Counted from the first letter of the stretch, positions 41,701 to 51,369 are shown. The stretch is 64,000 nucleotides of DNA from Bacteroidaceae bacterium (GCA_017445925.1 JAFSRW010000049.1:6384-70383); one strand, 5' to 3'. Notes: generated from the sequence alone by a model not told the origin. Numbers and translations: made by a program.

Positions 41701-44700
41701 TGGGAACCGAGTTCTGGGATGTATAGGTCTTGTTTCCGATGTTCACCAGCAACTTGCCTGCGTCATCAGTTCCTATCGTCAGTTTAATATCGCCGTTGCC
41801 GTGACTCAGTAGCGTACCAGCCCCTTGTGCCAGATTTACCCACATATCAAAGGCGAAGTCCTTGCCTGCCAGGTTTATCTTGGCGTCGGTGGTGGCTGAT
41901 CCGTTGAGGGCGCTCTCGTGGTCAATCTCTGCACCGTTCAGTACGCCGGTGACCTTGAAGTTCGCCTCCTTGGTAAGCTCGCCCTTCAGGATGGTCTCGT
42001 TGAAGGTCACGCTCAACTCGTCACCTATGTCCAGTATGCCGTCAGTGGGTTCCGGAACGCCCATCGGTGTGGGGCGCTGCATGTCCTTAGCCAGCGCTAT
42101 TTCCTCAGACATCCTTGTTACTTCGTCGGTTCCGTAGGTGCTGGCAGAGACAATGCGGAAGAGGTAGTCGCCATCCGACCACGAGCTCATGGGCAGCGTG
42201 TAGCTGACACTGGCTCCCGTGGCGGGTAACAGCTCGTTGCTGGAAGTTTTATCTGCCTCGTTGAGCACATATTCCTTAATCTGTGTCCAGTCTGTAGCCC
42301 CCTGCTTCTTGTACTGCATCCGGAAGGCCTTCAGACCGCGATAGGTGCGGTCGAAGTCCTTCATGGTGAGCACCAGGTCGGTGCCCGTCTGTGTGTTCAT
42401 AGTTGTATTGGATAGGGCCAGCGTTACTGGCGATGATGACGGAACAAAGTGGGCAGAGATGAAAGCCGTGTCGGCAATAACGTCCCACGTGTAAGTCGGA
42501 TAGTACTGCGAAGATGATGCAAACACAATACCTATGCGATCGTAGTCGAGGATGCTCTGGTCGCTCTGCTTCAGAAGCAGCGTCTTGGTAACTGTCTGGT
42601 GCGGCTCAATCAGTATGGTACGTACGTCAGTAACAGGTGCGCCGTCGATGAAGAGCATGGCACCGTTGGGGTTGGTGTCCTCTGCCAAGCCTAAGCGGTA
42701 GTACAGCAACTCTTTGGTCTCCGAGGCGTTGCTCAGGCGCAGTGTGTAAGTGGCGGTGGAGCCAGAAGGAATGTCGGTAACGACGGGAACATCCACGTCA
42801 ATCTGCGGTACCTCTATCTGCATAGTCGGTTCCATAATGGTGGTGCCCGGCTTGTAATACTTGGTGACAACCTTCCCTTCATACGGAGCACTGGTCTGAC
42901 CGCCAAGCGTGCGGAAGATGGGACCATATTCACCATAGTCATACACGTCAACCGTCAAGGCATTGTCGTCGCCTTCTTCTGCGAGGGTGTAATTGAACAC
43001 GGTCTTATCCGTCATGGAGTAGTTGTAGTCGAACTCGAAGCCGGGGGCAACGTCAAAGCCAAGGTTGAGAAGAAAGCCAAAATCATCATTGGCGGTAAAT
43101 CCTGTTAAATAGCTAAAATGGAATCGGATGTTGACGTCGACGTTAAAGTGCATGGCGCTGGAGTATCTCTGTTTCTCGTAGCTCTTGTTCACGGTGCTTC
43201 CAGCGTCGAAGGAGTAGTTCTCGCATTTGACACTGTCCTTGTTATCGCGATTGTTGTTGGCGGAGACTTTCTCTGCTTCGTTAAATCTCAGGTAGCCCTC
43301 CCAGGCTTTGATTTGGTCGTTGCACCAGGCAACGCTGTCTTGGTAGCCGTCCTTCTTAGATGTTTTGGGAACAAACCAGGTATAGGTGCTGTCTTGTCCG
43401 AACATCGGATCGTCGGGAGCAAGTTCGGTAAGATAGACACAGTGGTCACTATTGTTGACATATTCGTTGATGGTTGCCTTGTCGACCGTCTTCAACATGG
43501 AGTTGCGCATCAGTTCCAGGTTTGGCATCAGCATATTCTCGATATAATTCTGCGTGTAGCTGAACATGGTGCTGAACTCCATTCCCGTGGAGATGCTCTC
43601 CTTGACGTCAAGAGTCACTTCGTTGCTGCTGCCCACGCGGTGGAATCCGACGTTATTGGCTGCACCGATAATGACGTTGGTGGCCGTGCCGACGAAGATG
43701 TCACCGGGGGCACCGTCGTACTCGATGTCGTCACTGGTACTGATGGTTTTGGTATTCTCAATGGTAGTGGAATAGGTGCGGTCACCGTGGAAGTCTACAC
43801 GTCCATCGAGCCCTAATTCAATATCATGTTTTGAAGACGTATTGGTGACGAGATAAACCGTAAGACCTTCAGCCGATTTTATATTAAGGCCCAATTTGAT
43901 AGTTCCCGTAGCGAAGGCACCAGCGCTTAAGGTGCCGGCGTAATTGTACACTTCGTTCTTGATTGTACCAGAAGCCCATTCTGCCTTAGACTTGGAGCCA
44001 GGAGGGTCGCGGAGGATCATTTGCAACATATCGGGACCGGCTGTGACGAAGTTGTTGCCAGTTGGCATGTCACCCAGCACGATACCAGTGATGCCTCCAT
44101 CGTTCCATACATAGGTGCGGTCATCGATGTCATAGCTAATGGCAATGGTACGGGTATAGGGTGAGGCGATGTTAGGCAGACCTGCCATCCATTTGTAGCA
44201 GGCGCAGCCGAGGCTGTCAAGGCGCAACTGGTTGCTCTTGAGCTGTACGACCTCACCGGCAGAATAGCTGACGCTGTCGACGGTGGTCTCCTCGCCGGCT
44301 ACAGCCTGTTCAGCGGACAGTGCATTGTCGATGGTTACAACCAAACCCTGCAATGGCACCCGGAAGTTGACTGGCTGCTTGGCATCGCTGTTAACGTACT
44401 CCTCGTAGGCTTTGATGTTAAAGGTGTAGTTATCGTACATCTCGAATACTGCGCCACCGTATTTATATTCGGGCTTGCCGTTGTCGCCTATCCGATAGAT
44501 GTCATTAATCTTTAGCTCACCTTGCTCATCCTTCAGCGTGTAGCTGCTGATACCGAAGGCACCGTCATCATGGTTTGCGTCTGTGACGAGGAAGGTTGGC
44601 GTACTGTGGTAGGTCTGCATCAGCTTGGTGTGGTAGGAGTAGGATTCTTCGGGGCTGCTTTCCTGGCGCAGGGTATCGCCGCGAACCATCAGGGGGTTGG

Positions 44701-47700
44701 AGAGGTCGATGGTGGTGGACTCGCCTACCTCCAGTCCCGTCTTTACCACCTTCATGCTGGCAATCTTATACTCCAACGGGGGCAGCATGGCAGAGAACTC
44801 GCCGGTCAGGGAGTCGGTGCGGATAAAGATCTTGCGGCAATCGTCAGCGCCTGCTCCACGCCATGATTTACTGGCAATCTTGTTGCTGGCAGAGGAGATG
44901 CCTACCGTGTCGGGGTTCGTCTCGTAGCTGTAGGTGGTTTCTGTGACCTCCTTCACTACGTTCATGCGCGGAATCTCGTTCAGAGGGGTGAGGATAAGCT
45001 CGGTAATGCCGATGTTGTTCTGGCTCAGCCCGAAGCCCAAGTCTTTCTTGCCCTCGATGTCGCCGCCAACGACGCGGCCAGTGAAGTTGACCATCGTGGA
45101 ATCGTAGAACTCGAGGTTCTTGATTTCGCGGTCGAAGGTGTGCTTCACGCCCACGTTGTTCGGGTCGACGGGATAGCGACCGCCGTCGGTGAAGACGTGG
45201 CCGTTCTTCTCCACCGTAATAAAGTGGTCGCCAATGGGTACACTGATGGTGAACTCGCCCTGCTCGTTGGTCTCAACGATTTTACCGTCCTTAGAGCAAA
45301 TGATGCCATCGACGTAGAGGTAGGCACCTTCCAGTGGATAGTCTGTGCCGGCGTAGAATACCTTGCCGCTGACGGGGAACGAGGAGACATCGTTGAAGTC
45401 CACGCCGCTGTGGGTAAGCGAAGACATGCTGACGAAGCGCGACTGCTGTGCGGGCTGGAACTCGTGGATGCCCAGGGTGGGAATGACGCTGTAGCTGGTT
45501 CCTTCGCCCGAGAAGGGTACGCCACGAACCTCGTAGTAGCCGTCTGTGTCGGTATAAGACATCAGGCTCATCATATCCTCGTCGGGCAGTTTGGTGGAGC
45601 TGTTGGCGGGAACCAGCGTGTTGGCGTGTCTGCCGTTGCTGATGCCATTTTTCTTGGAGAAGTCGTAGGCTACGCCTTGCTTTGCCAAGCCCTCGTCGAA
45701 GGGATAGTAGATGGCCAGTCCCGATTCGCTGCCCGAAAGCGGGTGGTTGTAGTTGCGCTCTATATCCTTCTTGGTCAGTGCCTTGGTCCAGAAGCGGAAC
45801 TCATCCATGTAGCCGTTGTAATACATTTCTCCCTGGAGGGAGGCTTCGTTACCGATGCTAATGCACTTGTCGTCGTCCCTGATGGTGGGGGAGACGGCTA
45901 AGGGGCTTTGATTAACATAGACTATACCACCCTCTACTCCATCTGCACCTATGGTATAGATGCCAGTTTGATGGTTGCTGGAATTATGAATACAGGCAAC
46001 GTGTGTCCAACTGTCCGCAGCTATAAAGTATGATGTATCATAGTTTATACCGCCTACATATACCCCTAATTTGTACTTCTTTTTGGTATTATCGTAGCGC
46101 ATATACAGCGTGAAGGCCTTGTACACATCGAACAGCAGGTAGCGAGAGTTATGATCTGCCATGATGGTGGTGTCGGGGTTGATGTACATCTGGATGGAGA
46201 AGTCGCCGGCGAAGAGTTTGCGCAACTCCTCAGGACTGCTGTCGTACTTGAAGCCTGCCCCGAAGCCTGACATCTTCACCGAGCGCAGACCGCTGGCAAT
46301 GTCGCCGTCGGCATTCTGCTGCTTCAGCATTACCTTGGCTCCCTCCACGGCGGTGCCGGTTCCGTAGGCAATGTTGCCGCTGATGATACCCGTGGCTACG
46401 CTGAAGCCGTCGGTGGTTTGCATGTCCGATATGGACTGCTCCTGGCCGTCCTGCGTCCAGAGCACAATCTTGTAGTCATTGAAGCTGCCAGGCAGGGCCG
46501 TCACGTCGTCGTAGCTGTAGGTGGCCTGCGTGCCTGAGGTGGTGTATATGCTCATCCAGTCGTCCTCTTCTTCGCTGCTGCCCAAGGGACGGCGGTAGAT
46601 GATAAAGTTAGATGTTGTGGCGCCCACCTGGTCCACCGTCCACGAGAGCTTCACCATGTTGCTGTAGTTGCCGCGCGAGGCTGTGAAGTCTGTAATCTTG
46701 GAGCCGCCCAACTTGGCGGAAACCACCTCGCTCAACTGGTCTTTTTTGAAGATGTTTACCTTTAGGCGGTAATTATAAGAGGTATTGGACTCCAGGTTGT
46801 TGCCGGCATCGGTGTAGCTGCCTGAGATGGTATCCTTGTTCTCGATGCTGATTTTGGCTATGTTCTCCCAATTCAACTGGTCTGAGTTTTTGGAGCGCTG
46901 TATATATAATGTATAGGGGTTGCTGCCCGATGCATCCTCAATGGCCTGATGGCTCCACTTCAGGCTGATGCCCTCTGGGACTTCTTTTGCCGTAACCGCT
47001 CCGAAGGACCACGTGGGCACAATGGAGGCTCCGATGGTCTGGCTCAGCCCCTCTGCAATATCCCTTGGATCTTTGGGGACGAAGCTGACTTGTATCTCTT
47101 CCTCCCTGTTGTATTCGCCTAATGTTATATTCCTGCTGGTTTTGTCTTGGGAGAGGCCGGTGGCCAGGTCTTTATCGGTTGTGTTGTTCCTGATGGTCCA
47201 CGTTCCCGCCTTGCTGAGCTTATTGCCGTCCGCGTCCTTCTCCAAAGGATTCCAGCTGATAGTACACTCCTTATTCCATTGGTTAAAGGTCTCCGCTTTT
47301 AATCCCGTCGGGCGGGTGAAGCCTGGCACGGGCACCGTAACCCAGTTGTAAACGATGCATTTCTGTAATATTTTGTGCTTGTTCGCAAAGTCTTTAATCT
47401 CTATCGTGGCGCTGTATTGCACGGGCAGCGAATCCACGTCGGTATAAGTGGTGCGTATCATATTGCCGGAGAGGTCGCTGAATTTTGTGGTGCTACTGCC
47501 GTATTTCTTTGAACAAGCGAACATTCTCTGGTCCTCCAAATACTCCGAGGGTGCTTTTGCCGATTGCGTGTAAGCGCCAACGGTGGTGCCGAGGGAATCA
47601 GGCAGAGTGCCGCTCAGGCTCACTTCCTCATAGCCGGACATGCTGGCGGTCGGCTTCTCCCATGGGTCTTTAAGGACCTTGGTAGTCCAGGTCATCTCCT

Positions 47701-48235
47701 CGTTGTCATTGGAGATGTTGTTAATCTTCCATTTTCCGCACACCTTTACTGTGTGCTTTTCTCCCACCTTCCATTCTTTCAGGAAGATGTACATGTTCAC
47801 CCTTATGTAGTAACCGTCGTCGTATTTTTTGTTGGTTGACTTGTGTTCCGTCCGGTAGGGATTCCAGAAGCGGATGGTACACGTCTCGTCACCATAGGTG
47901 CTGCCCCACCATTGATCGTTCTTACGCTCGCTATCCAGGTCGGAGTAGTTACCCGTATTCTTCCATCCGGGCCAAGCTAACTCCCAGTCGGGCGAGCAGA
48001 TGTACCTGCCATCCACATACACCGCAGGACCATCGTGACCGTCGGTCTTGTCGTGGGTAAAGAAACTGTCCTTGTAGTAGTTGTCGTAGATTAGTAGGTT
48101 AATCACTATCCACGGCTCTTTGACTGAAGGATTATGGCTGATCCATGTCATGTTTGGGTCATCGAAGCGGGTGTCAGCCTGTGCGCTCCCTGCAAATGTG
48201 CAGAGCAGGGCGAGGAGGAGTAATAGTCGTTTCAT
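38774..48235 (-). CDS. giant (3153 aa) secreted multidomain protein: Fn3-like, CarboxypepD_reg-like and at least three LamG/concanavalin-like modules, with T9SS-type C-terminal signal
   Basis: Uninterrupted 9.46-kb ORF. Signal peptide MKRLLLLLALLCTFAGSAQA. LamG_3-type endings YMDEFRFWTKALTKKDIERNY..GLAIYYPFDEG, MHELLLWDEAHD..LIGYWKMNEGEG and QLDEVRVWNATLNADLL..GLVAYYPFEK. CarboxypepD_reg-like VSGKVFYAGTDYPLEGAYLYVDG..NEQGEFTISVPIGDH. C-terminus VYDLSGRKY..KSGVYIINGQKKAVK. Confidence 0.85.
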   Translation of the reverse strand: MKRLLLLLALLCTFAGSAQADTRFDDPNMTWISHNPSVKEPWIVINLLIYDNYYKDSFFTHDKTDGHDGPAVYVDGRYICSPDWELAWPGWKNTGNYSDLDSERKNDQWWGSTYGDETCTIRFWNPYRTEHKSTNKKYDDGYYIRVNMYIFLKEWKVGEKHTVKVCGKWKINNISNDNEEMTWTTKVLKDPWEKPTASMSGYEEVSLSGTLPDSLGTTVGAYTQSAKAPSEYLEDQRMFACSKKYGSSTTKFSDLSGNMIRTTYTDVDSLPVQYSATIEIKDFANKHKILQKCIVYNWVTVPVPGFTRPTGLKAETFNQWNKECTISWNPLEKDADGNKLSKAGTWTIRNNTTDKDLATGLSQDKTSRNITLGEYNREEEIQVSFVPKDPRDIAEGLSQTIGASIVPTWSFGAVTAKEVPEGISLKWSHQAIEDASGSNPYTLYIQRSKNSDQLNWENIAKISIENKDTISGSYTDAGNNLESNTSYNYRLKVNIFKKDQLSEVVSAKLGGSKITDFTASRGNYSNMVKLSWTVDQVGATTSNFIIYRRPLGSSEEEDDWMSIYTTSGTQATYSYDDVTALPGSFNDYKIVLWTQDGQEQSISDMQTTDGFSVATGIISGNIAYGTGTAVEGAKVMLKQQNADGDIASGLRSVKMSGFGAGFKYDSSPEELRKLFAGDFSIQMYINPDTTIMADHNSRYLLFDVYKAFTLYMRYDNTKKKYKLGVYVGGINYDTSYFIAADSWTHVACIHNSSNHQTGIYTIGADGVEGGIVYVNQSPLAVSPTIRDDDKCISIGNEASLQGEMYYNGYMDEFRFWTKALTKKDIERNYNHPLSGSESGLAIYYPFDEGLAKQGVAYDFSKKNGISNGRHANTLVPANSSTKLPDEDMMSLMSYTDTDGYYEVRGVPFSGEGTSYSVIPTLGIHEFQPAQQSRFVSMSSLTHSGVDFNDVSSFPVSGKVFYAGTDYPLEGAYLYVDGIICSKDGKIVETNEQGEFTISVPIGDHFITVEKNGHVFTDGGRYPVDPNNVGVKHTFDREIKNLEFYDSTMVNFTGRVVGGDIEGKKDLGFGLSQNNIGITELILTPLNEIPRMNVVKEVTETTYSYETNPDTVGISSASNKIASKSWRGAGADDCRKIFIRTDSLTGEFSAMLPPLEYKIASMKVVKTGLEVGESTTIDLSNPLMVRGDTLRQESSPEESYSYHTKLMQTYHSTPTFLVTDANHDDGAFGISSYTLKDEQGELKINDIYRIGDNGKPEYKYGGAVFEMYDNYTFNIKAYEEYVNSDAKQPVNFRVPLQGLVVTIDNALSAEQAVAGEETTVDSVSYSAGEVVQLKSNQLRLDSLGCACYKWMAGLPNIASPYTRTIAISYDIDDRTYVWNDGGITGIVLGDMPTGNNFVTAGPDMLQMILRDPPGSKSKAEWASGTIKNEVYNYAGTLSAGAFATGTIKLGLNIKSAEGLTVYLVTNTSSKHDIELGLDGRVDFHGDRTYSTTIENTKTISTSDDIEYDGAPGDIFVGTATNVIIGAANNVGFHRVGSSNEVTLDVKESISTGMEFSTMFSYTQNYIENMLMPNLELMRNSMLKTVDKATINEYVNNSDHCVYLTELAPDDPMFGQDSTYTWFVPKTSKKDGYQDSVAWCNDQIKAWEGYLRFNEAEKVSANNNRDNKDSVKCENYSFDAGSTVNKSYEKQRYSSAMHFNVDVNIRFHFSYLTGFTANDDFGFLLNLGFDVAPGFEFDYNYSMTDKTVFNYTLAEEGDDNALTVDVYDYGEYGPIFRTLGGQTSAPYEGKVVTKYYKPGTTIMEPTMQIEVPQIDVDVPVVTDIPSGSTATYTLRLSNASETKELLYYRLGLAEDTNPNGAMLFIDGAPVTDVRTILIEPHQTVTKTLLLKQSDQSILDYDRIGIVFASSSQYYPTYTWDVIADTAFISAHFVPSSSPVTLALSNTTMNTQTGTDLVLTMKDFDRTYRGLKAFRMQYKKQGATDWTQIKEYVLNEADKTSSNELLPATGASVSYTLPMSSWSDGDYLFRIVSASTYGTDEVTRMSEEIALAKDMQRPTPMGVPEPTDGILDIGDELSVTFNETILKGELTKEANFKVTGVLNGAEIDHESALNGSATTDAKINLAGKDFAFDMWVNLAQGAGTLLSHGNGDIKLTIGTDDAGKLLVNIGNKTYTSQNSVPTGKWAFLSLSLTADGILNATVADDANETTLFKNEAADSYEGNGPVQVGCNTTTAMHELLLWDEAHDMTTALLDRSKTKNPSTRHLIGYWKMNEGEGTTIRDYARNRHMTMPEETWYLNNENKAINLDGQSYVSINTSELPTCVDDDYALEFWMRGGEQTGEAQLLQMGDVALSLTAEGNLQLTGKDAYLPDGSQLSTFNSQLSITDNVWHHVALNVLRQGAAAVYVDGKRCLSTASANVGSIATNNLILGAHRTTVSQDFGTYAYDHGFKGQLDEVRVWNATLNADLLSKNRKVRLTGSEDGLVAYYPFEKKTLDSGNQVVTVGDATDLTGSGHQAEVLTLNSQLSTLNYVDNAPALRTKPTETNVSFTYVASNEKVVINIDEDPAIIEGCTLNFTVRDVRDENGNYSVPAIWSAFVNRNELAWDKDELTLTKQVKTESSVTATVINKSGQQQMWTLSGMPSWLTATDEYGTTNPLDETMVTFTISSATPIGKYEETIYLKGNNGIETPLTLSINVTGQIPYWNINPNDYENSMSVIGRVEILGVPVTDEDDIVAAFIDGECRGVAHPAYMERYDSYFVTMDIYGDDDADKEVTFRAYDASTGTLYPAVQPDRTITFTPMLLEGRYETPVVLNALDKIEQSTNLKAGWNWVSFYVKADDMKVSALFDNLMDDVLAIKSFEDGYMYHEHGTWKGNLTGDLENGQMYAVQMKNNGKLHIVGEPVDPAKCPIELKAGWNWVGYYGRNVASVADALANMNPENGDIVKGQSGVTYFNNYEWNGTLVMMEPGLGYVMNVSTNRDFGYPRQNVRALQQEKLGVFQPVDRHAYSGNAIMAVRIVAAGSPLTNTELGVFADEECRTATITDKEGMAYLTIPGEEEAVLTFKVVVDNQVIDATTTVNFQTDGIYGTPMNPLVIDLDEATSIIEHSTLNIEHSVYDLSGRKYNSQLSPVNSQLSPVNSQLKSGVYIINGQKKAVK
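38822..38939. repeat. two arrays inside the giant protein C-terminal signal: 21-nt (CAGTTGAGAGTTGACAGGTGA)2.5 and a GAATGTT/CAATGTT array
   Basis: 38822-38875 encodes NSQLSPVNSQLSPVNSQL. 38904-38939 encodes IIEHSTLNIEHS. Confidence 0.9.
40654..40688. repeat. family A heptamer array inside the giant protein (LTLNSQLSTLNY)
   Basis: AGTTGAGAGTTGAAAGTTGAGAGTTGAGAGTTAAG read directly. Confidence 0.9.
41090..41126. repeat. family A heptamer array inside LamG module 3 of the giant protein (SQLSTFNSQLSI)
   Basis: AATTGAAAGTTGAGAGTTGAAAGTTGAGAGTTGAGAG read directly. Confidence 0.9.
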
Positions 48236-48332
48236 GTTTTCTTGAATTAAGAATTAAGAGAGAAGAAAGAAGAATTAAACTCTTGAACTCTTCGTTTTTC
48301 TGCCCCAAAATAAATAAAACCTTATGGAATAA

Positions 48333-48386
48333 GGTGTAAAAAAACTGCACTTGGTGTAAAAAAAACAAGCATTAGGTGTGAAAAAA
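48333..48386 (-). promoter_or_regulatory. three direct GGTGTRAAAAAA boxes upstream of the giant gene (candidate operator)
   Basis: Boxes start at 48333, 48353 and 48375 (spacing 20 and 22 bp), 98-150 nt upstream of the ATG at 48235. A homologous two-box copy lies at 51370-51401. Confidence 0.4.
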
Positions 48387-48410
48387 CCGCGGTTTTTTCA
48401 CACCTAATGC
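48369..48410 (-). terminator. intrinsic terminator after the arylsulfotransferase-like gene (perfect 42-bp palindrome)
   Basis: GCATTAGGTGTGAAAAAACCG/CGGTTTTTTCACACCTAATGC forms perfect 21-nt arms. On the minus strand it is followed by TTGTTTTTTTT. Begins 20 nt after the stop at 48430. Confidence 0.7.
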
Positions 48411-48429
48411 CTCTTGTTGCTTCACAATA

Positions 48430-49878
48430 TTAATATTTCACGCAGCGATAGGAGGGATTAACGGAGTTGGGAAGGCTGTCTTCAGCACTGCGACGCAGAC
48501 CGAAGATTTCCCGCCCGCTGGCATCGTGCTCTGTGACCAGGCGGGTATTGTTTCCCCCTTCCGTGCTCCAGCCCCAGCCCACGGTGAGGCGCTCGCCAAA
48601 GAGTTGCACGGCGCCGCAGGCCTGTGAGAAGTAGTCGCCGCCCGGGTTCAGCAAATTGCCGCCGCCGGTCACCTTGCCGGTCTGCTCGTTCACCTGGAGA
48701 CGGAGTACGCGAGTGAGCTGCGGGCTGTGGCCGTTGCCGTTGTCGAAGAGCGTCAGCGTGCCGTCGGCGTTCAGCGTGGCGTAGTGCTGTCCGCAGAAGT
48801 TCTGTTCCTCAGGCAGGGCCTCGCCGCTGATGCGCCACAGGATGTCGCCCGTTTCGCCTGCGCGGTCAATCTTCACAATGGAAGAGAGGTGGCGGAAGGA
48901 GCAGAGCCAGTTGCCGTCGGGCAGCACCTGGATGGCGTTGAAGTGAACGTAGTCATAACTGGTGTCGAAGGTGGGGCTTTCCCAGTCCTCCATTTCGGGA
49001 TGGTCGCTGCTCCACCAGTCGAAGACCACCTCGCCGTCCTGTACTTCCTGAAGGTACGCTACCGCCAGTTTCCGTTCACCCACCTGACGGTCGATGTATG
49101 CCGAGAGGATGTAGTGAGTGGGTGAGAAGAAGTAGAAGTCGTGCCCGTCGATGGGCTCGCCGTCAGGCAGATAGCCGTCCAGACTAGCAAGGGCGTGGAT
49201 GGTGTCGATGGGCGTGTAGTGCTCGTCCAGCAGGATGCGCATGCCGGGGTTGTAGCCGGTAAAGGCGCGGCTGCTGTAGGCATAGTCGGGCGCGTGGTAG
49301 CTGTAATAGGTACGACCATCCAGCGTGTGCTTCTTGAAGTCCCAAAAGCCTTGCTCATTGAAGTTGCCGGCCTTCTCCGTCGGGTCGTACCGGTAGTAGA
49401 GGATGTGCCCGTCGTTGTTGTACTTCATGACGAGGCGCTGGTAGATGAACGACAGGTAGAAGTCGCCCGGGATGACACCCTTGCCCGTGGCTTCGATGAC
49501 GGGGATGCCGGTGTGCAGCGTGTTCAACTGCACGGTACCGCTCTGGTCGCCGGTGGTGTAGGTGATGGAGATTTGCTTGTCCTTGGCAATCTCGCCTATT
49601 GCGAGTGTGCATTTGCCGCTACGGGCATCGGTGCCGCCTACGCTGAGTTGCTGAAAGTCGGATGCATTGCTGATGCCGATGTCCGCCGCTGCCTCGGTGC
49701 TCAGCGTCCTGAGGTTTATTGCTTCCTTGGCGGGCAGCGCTATGCGGTACTGCTCGCCGTTGACGGTGAGGCACAGTTCCGTGGCAGGCACTTCGGTGTT
49801 AATGTCATCCGAGCAGGCTGTCAATCCCGCTAATGCCAGCATTGCCGCTATGCCTTGGTAGAACTTTCTCTGTTTCAT
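48430..49878 (-). CDS. arylsulfotransferase (ASST)-like beta-propeller lipoprotein
   Basis: Lipobox MKQRKFYQGIAAMLALAGLTACS (ATG 49878). C-terminal half resembles the ASST family (HDFYFFSPTHYILSAY, DYVHFNAIQVLPDGNWLCSFRHLSSIVKIDR, LFDNGNGH). Family assignment is from memory only. Confidence 0.55.
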   Translation of the reverse strand: MKQRKFYQGIAAMLALAGLTACSDDINTEVPATELCLTVNGEQYRIALPAKEAINLRTLSTEAAADIGISNASDFQQLSVGGTDARSGKCTLAIGEIAKDKQISITYTTGDQSGTVQLNTLHTGIPVIEATGKGVIPGDFYLSFIYQRLVMKYNNDGHILYYRYDPTEKAGNFNEQGFWDFKKHTLDGRTYYSYHAPDYAYSSRAFTGYNPGMRILLDEHYTPIDTIHALASLDGYLPDGEPIDGHDFYFFSPTHYILSAYIDRQVGERKLAVAYLQEVQDGEVVFDWWSSDHPEMEDWESPTFDTSYDYVHFNAIQVLPDGNWLCSFRHLSSIVKIDRAGETGDILWRISGEALPEEQNFCGQHYATLNADGTLTLFDNGNGHSPQLTRVLRLQVNEQTGKVTGGGNLLNPGGDYFSQACGAVQLFGERLTVGWGWSTEGGNNTRLVTEHDASGREIFGLRRSAEDSLPNSVNPSYRCVKY

Positions 49879-49885
49879 GTTTGAA

Positions 49886-49932
49886 CCCTCCCCCATCCCC
49901 CTCCCTCTATGGAGGGGAGCTGGAGGTATGGG
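49886..49932 (-). repeat. family B GC-rich hairpin element (inverted orientation)
   Basis: CCCTCCCCCATCCCCCTCCCTCTATGGAGGGGAGCTGGAGG. The reverse complement reads CTCCCCTCC-ATAGA-GGGAGGGGG-AT-GGGGGAGGG. Confidence 0.85.
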
Positions 49933-49967
49933 ATTTTGTCTATTTGTTATTAATCATATTATTATCA

Positions 49968-50027
49968 AGCCAAGAGCCAACAGCCAAAGTATTTAACTCC
50001 TTTAACTTCCTTAACTTCTTTAACTCC
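49968..50027. repeat. short-period arrays (AGCCAAG/AGCCAAC, then TTAACTYC-type 8-10-nt units) after the C1 peptidase stop
   Basis: Read directly. The minus (sense) strand carries repeated TAA triplets. Confidence 0.8.
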
Positions 50028-51185
50028 TCATAGTTCTTTCCTGAGCTTCTTCGGCAGGGCGTGGCGGTTAAGGAAGATGTAGGTGGTGTTCAGCGCCATG
50101 TAGTCGCGCGACATGTACCAGATGCCTGCGTAGTTTCCCATTATGCCCCAAGTATTCTTGACCATGTAGAAGGGACGGCCCGACTGGTCGGTAGCCTTGC
50201 CGTAGATGAGCATCACGTGGTCGTAGGTGAAGCGCCAGTCGTCCCACTGCTCCTGACGGAGCTGCTGCGTGGGCTGCACGCCGCTGGGCAACTCTGCCAA
50301 GCCCGTGCGGGTGAAGTCGCCCGATACATCGCCGCCCCATGCCACGGTGTAGCCCGCATCGATGGCATCGTCGATGACCTGCATCAACTCCTCGATGGGG
50401 ATGTTATAGCTGGGTTTGAGGCGCCACTTGTAGGGAGCCTCTATCACAAACCACTCACGGAAAGGGTGGTGCGTGTAGCTGGTGAGGCTTATGTAGTCGT
50501 CGAGGTTCAGACCCAAGCTCTGGGCAAACGTCTGCGGGGTGTAGTTCTTGCCCTGATAGGTGAAGGACTGGGGACAGCGGCCCAGGTTGCGGTCGAGGAC
50601 TGCCTGCACGCTGTCCTGCCAGAAGGCTCGGGGTGCGGCGCCGTGGGTAGTAGCGACTGTCTGGGCTTTGGCAAGGTCGGCGGCGACAGAATCGTCGGGA
50701 ACGATGGTGCGGCGTACGGTGGCCTCGAACTCAGGGTAGAACCGCGTGAAGTTGGCGAGCGAGTCACCCACTAAGGAGCCGGGGGCCGCCATGGCGTCCT
50801 CGGGGCAGATGCCGTAGCGGCGGATGACGTCCACCACGTCGTCGCACGAGCCGCCCTGGGAGATTTGGCTGAAGCCGTGCATACGGACGAAGTGCGTGGC
50901 GTTCTCCATGTAGTCCTTATTTACCACGAACATCTCGCAGAGGTCGTATGTGCGACCCGTCTGCCTGAGTATCTCGCTCTCGATGTATCCCAGCGTTCCG
51001 TAGGCCCAGCATGTGCCGCTTCGCCACTGGTTCTTGATGCTGGTGATGGGCAGTTCCTTCACGGTGGTGAATGTCTTCTGTTCCTTCGAGGCTTGCGCCT
51101 GGCGTTGCAAGTTCTCCTGTGCCGTCGTCGTCAAAGCAGAGGCGCTACACAAGGCAACTGCTATCGATGTAAGAATCTTCTTCAT
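50028..51185 (-). CDS. C1 (papain) family cysteine peptidase, aminopeptidase C-like
   Basis: Signal peptide MKKILTSIAVALCSASALTTTAQ (ATG 51185). Catalytic Cys context NQWRSGTCWAYGTLGY. His/Asn region YDHVMLIYG..YMVKNTWG. Confidence 0.7.
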   Translation of the reverse strand: MKKILTSIAVALCSASALTTTAQENLQRQAQASKEQKTFTTVKELPITSIKNQWRSGTCWAYGTLGYIESEILRQTGRTYDLCEMFVVNKDYMENATHFVRMHGFSQISQGGSCDDVVDVIRRYGICPEDAMAAPGSLVGDSLANFTRFYPEFEATVRRTIVPDDSVAADLAKAQTVATTHGAAPRAFWQDSVQAVLDRNLGRCPQSFTYQGKNYTPQTFAQSLGLNLDDYISLTSYTHHPFREWFVIEAPYKWRLKPSYNIPIEELMQVIDDAIDAGYTVAWGGDVSGDFTRTGLAELPSGVQPTQQLRQEQWDDWRFTYDHVMLIYGKATDQSGRPFYMVKNTWGIMGNYAGIWYMSRDYMALNTTYIFLNRHALPKKLRKEL

Positions 51186-51369
51186 ATCCGGTTTGTTATT
51201 TTTTCTTTCTGTTGTTCCATACAAAGTAAATGATGTAAGCAATCAGCCCCAGGTAGACAACTACCAGGGGAATGGTGAACCAGAGCGGTTGCGAAAGGAA
51301 GTCTTGTAAGTTCTTGCTCATGATAATTTTGTTTTCTGGTTACAAAATACGGAAATAATCATGAAAAAA

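Noticed and set aside
43118-45901. 232-aa and 253-aa plus-strand ORFs inside the giant gene
   Set aside because: Both are embedded antisense in an uninterrupted 9.46-kb ORF. They are Val/Gly/Ala-rich shadow frames.
48369-48410. The 42-bp perfect palindrome as an invertible-promoter (inverton) boundary
   Set aside because: The arms are directly adjacent with no invertible segment between them, and no recombinase gene is nearby. Its position and T-run fit an intrinsic terminator, possibly doubling as an operator.
49141-50774. 230-aa and 237-aa plus-strand ORFs antisense to the ASST-like and C1 peptidase genes
   Set aside because: The sense ORFs have a signal peptide or lipobox and family motifs. 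The antisense frames are open only because of GC-rich third positions.
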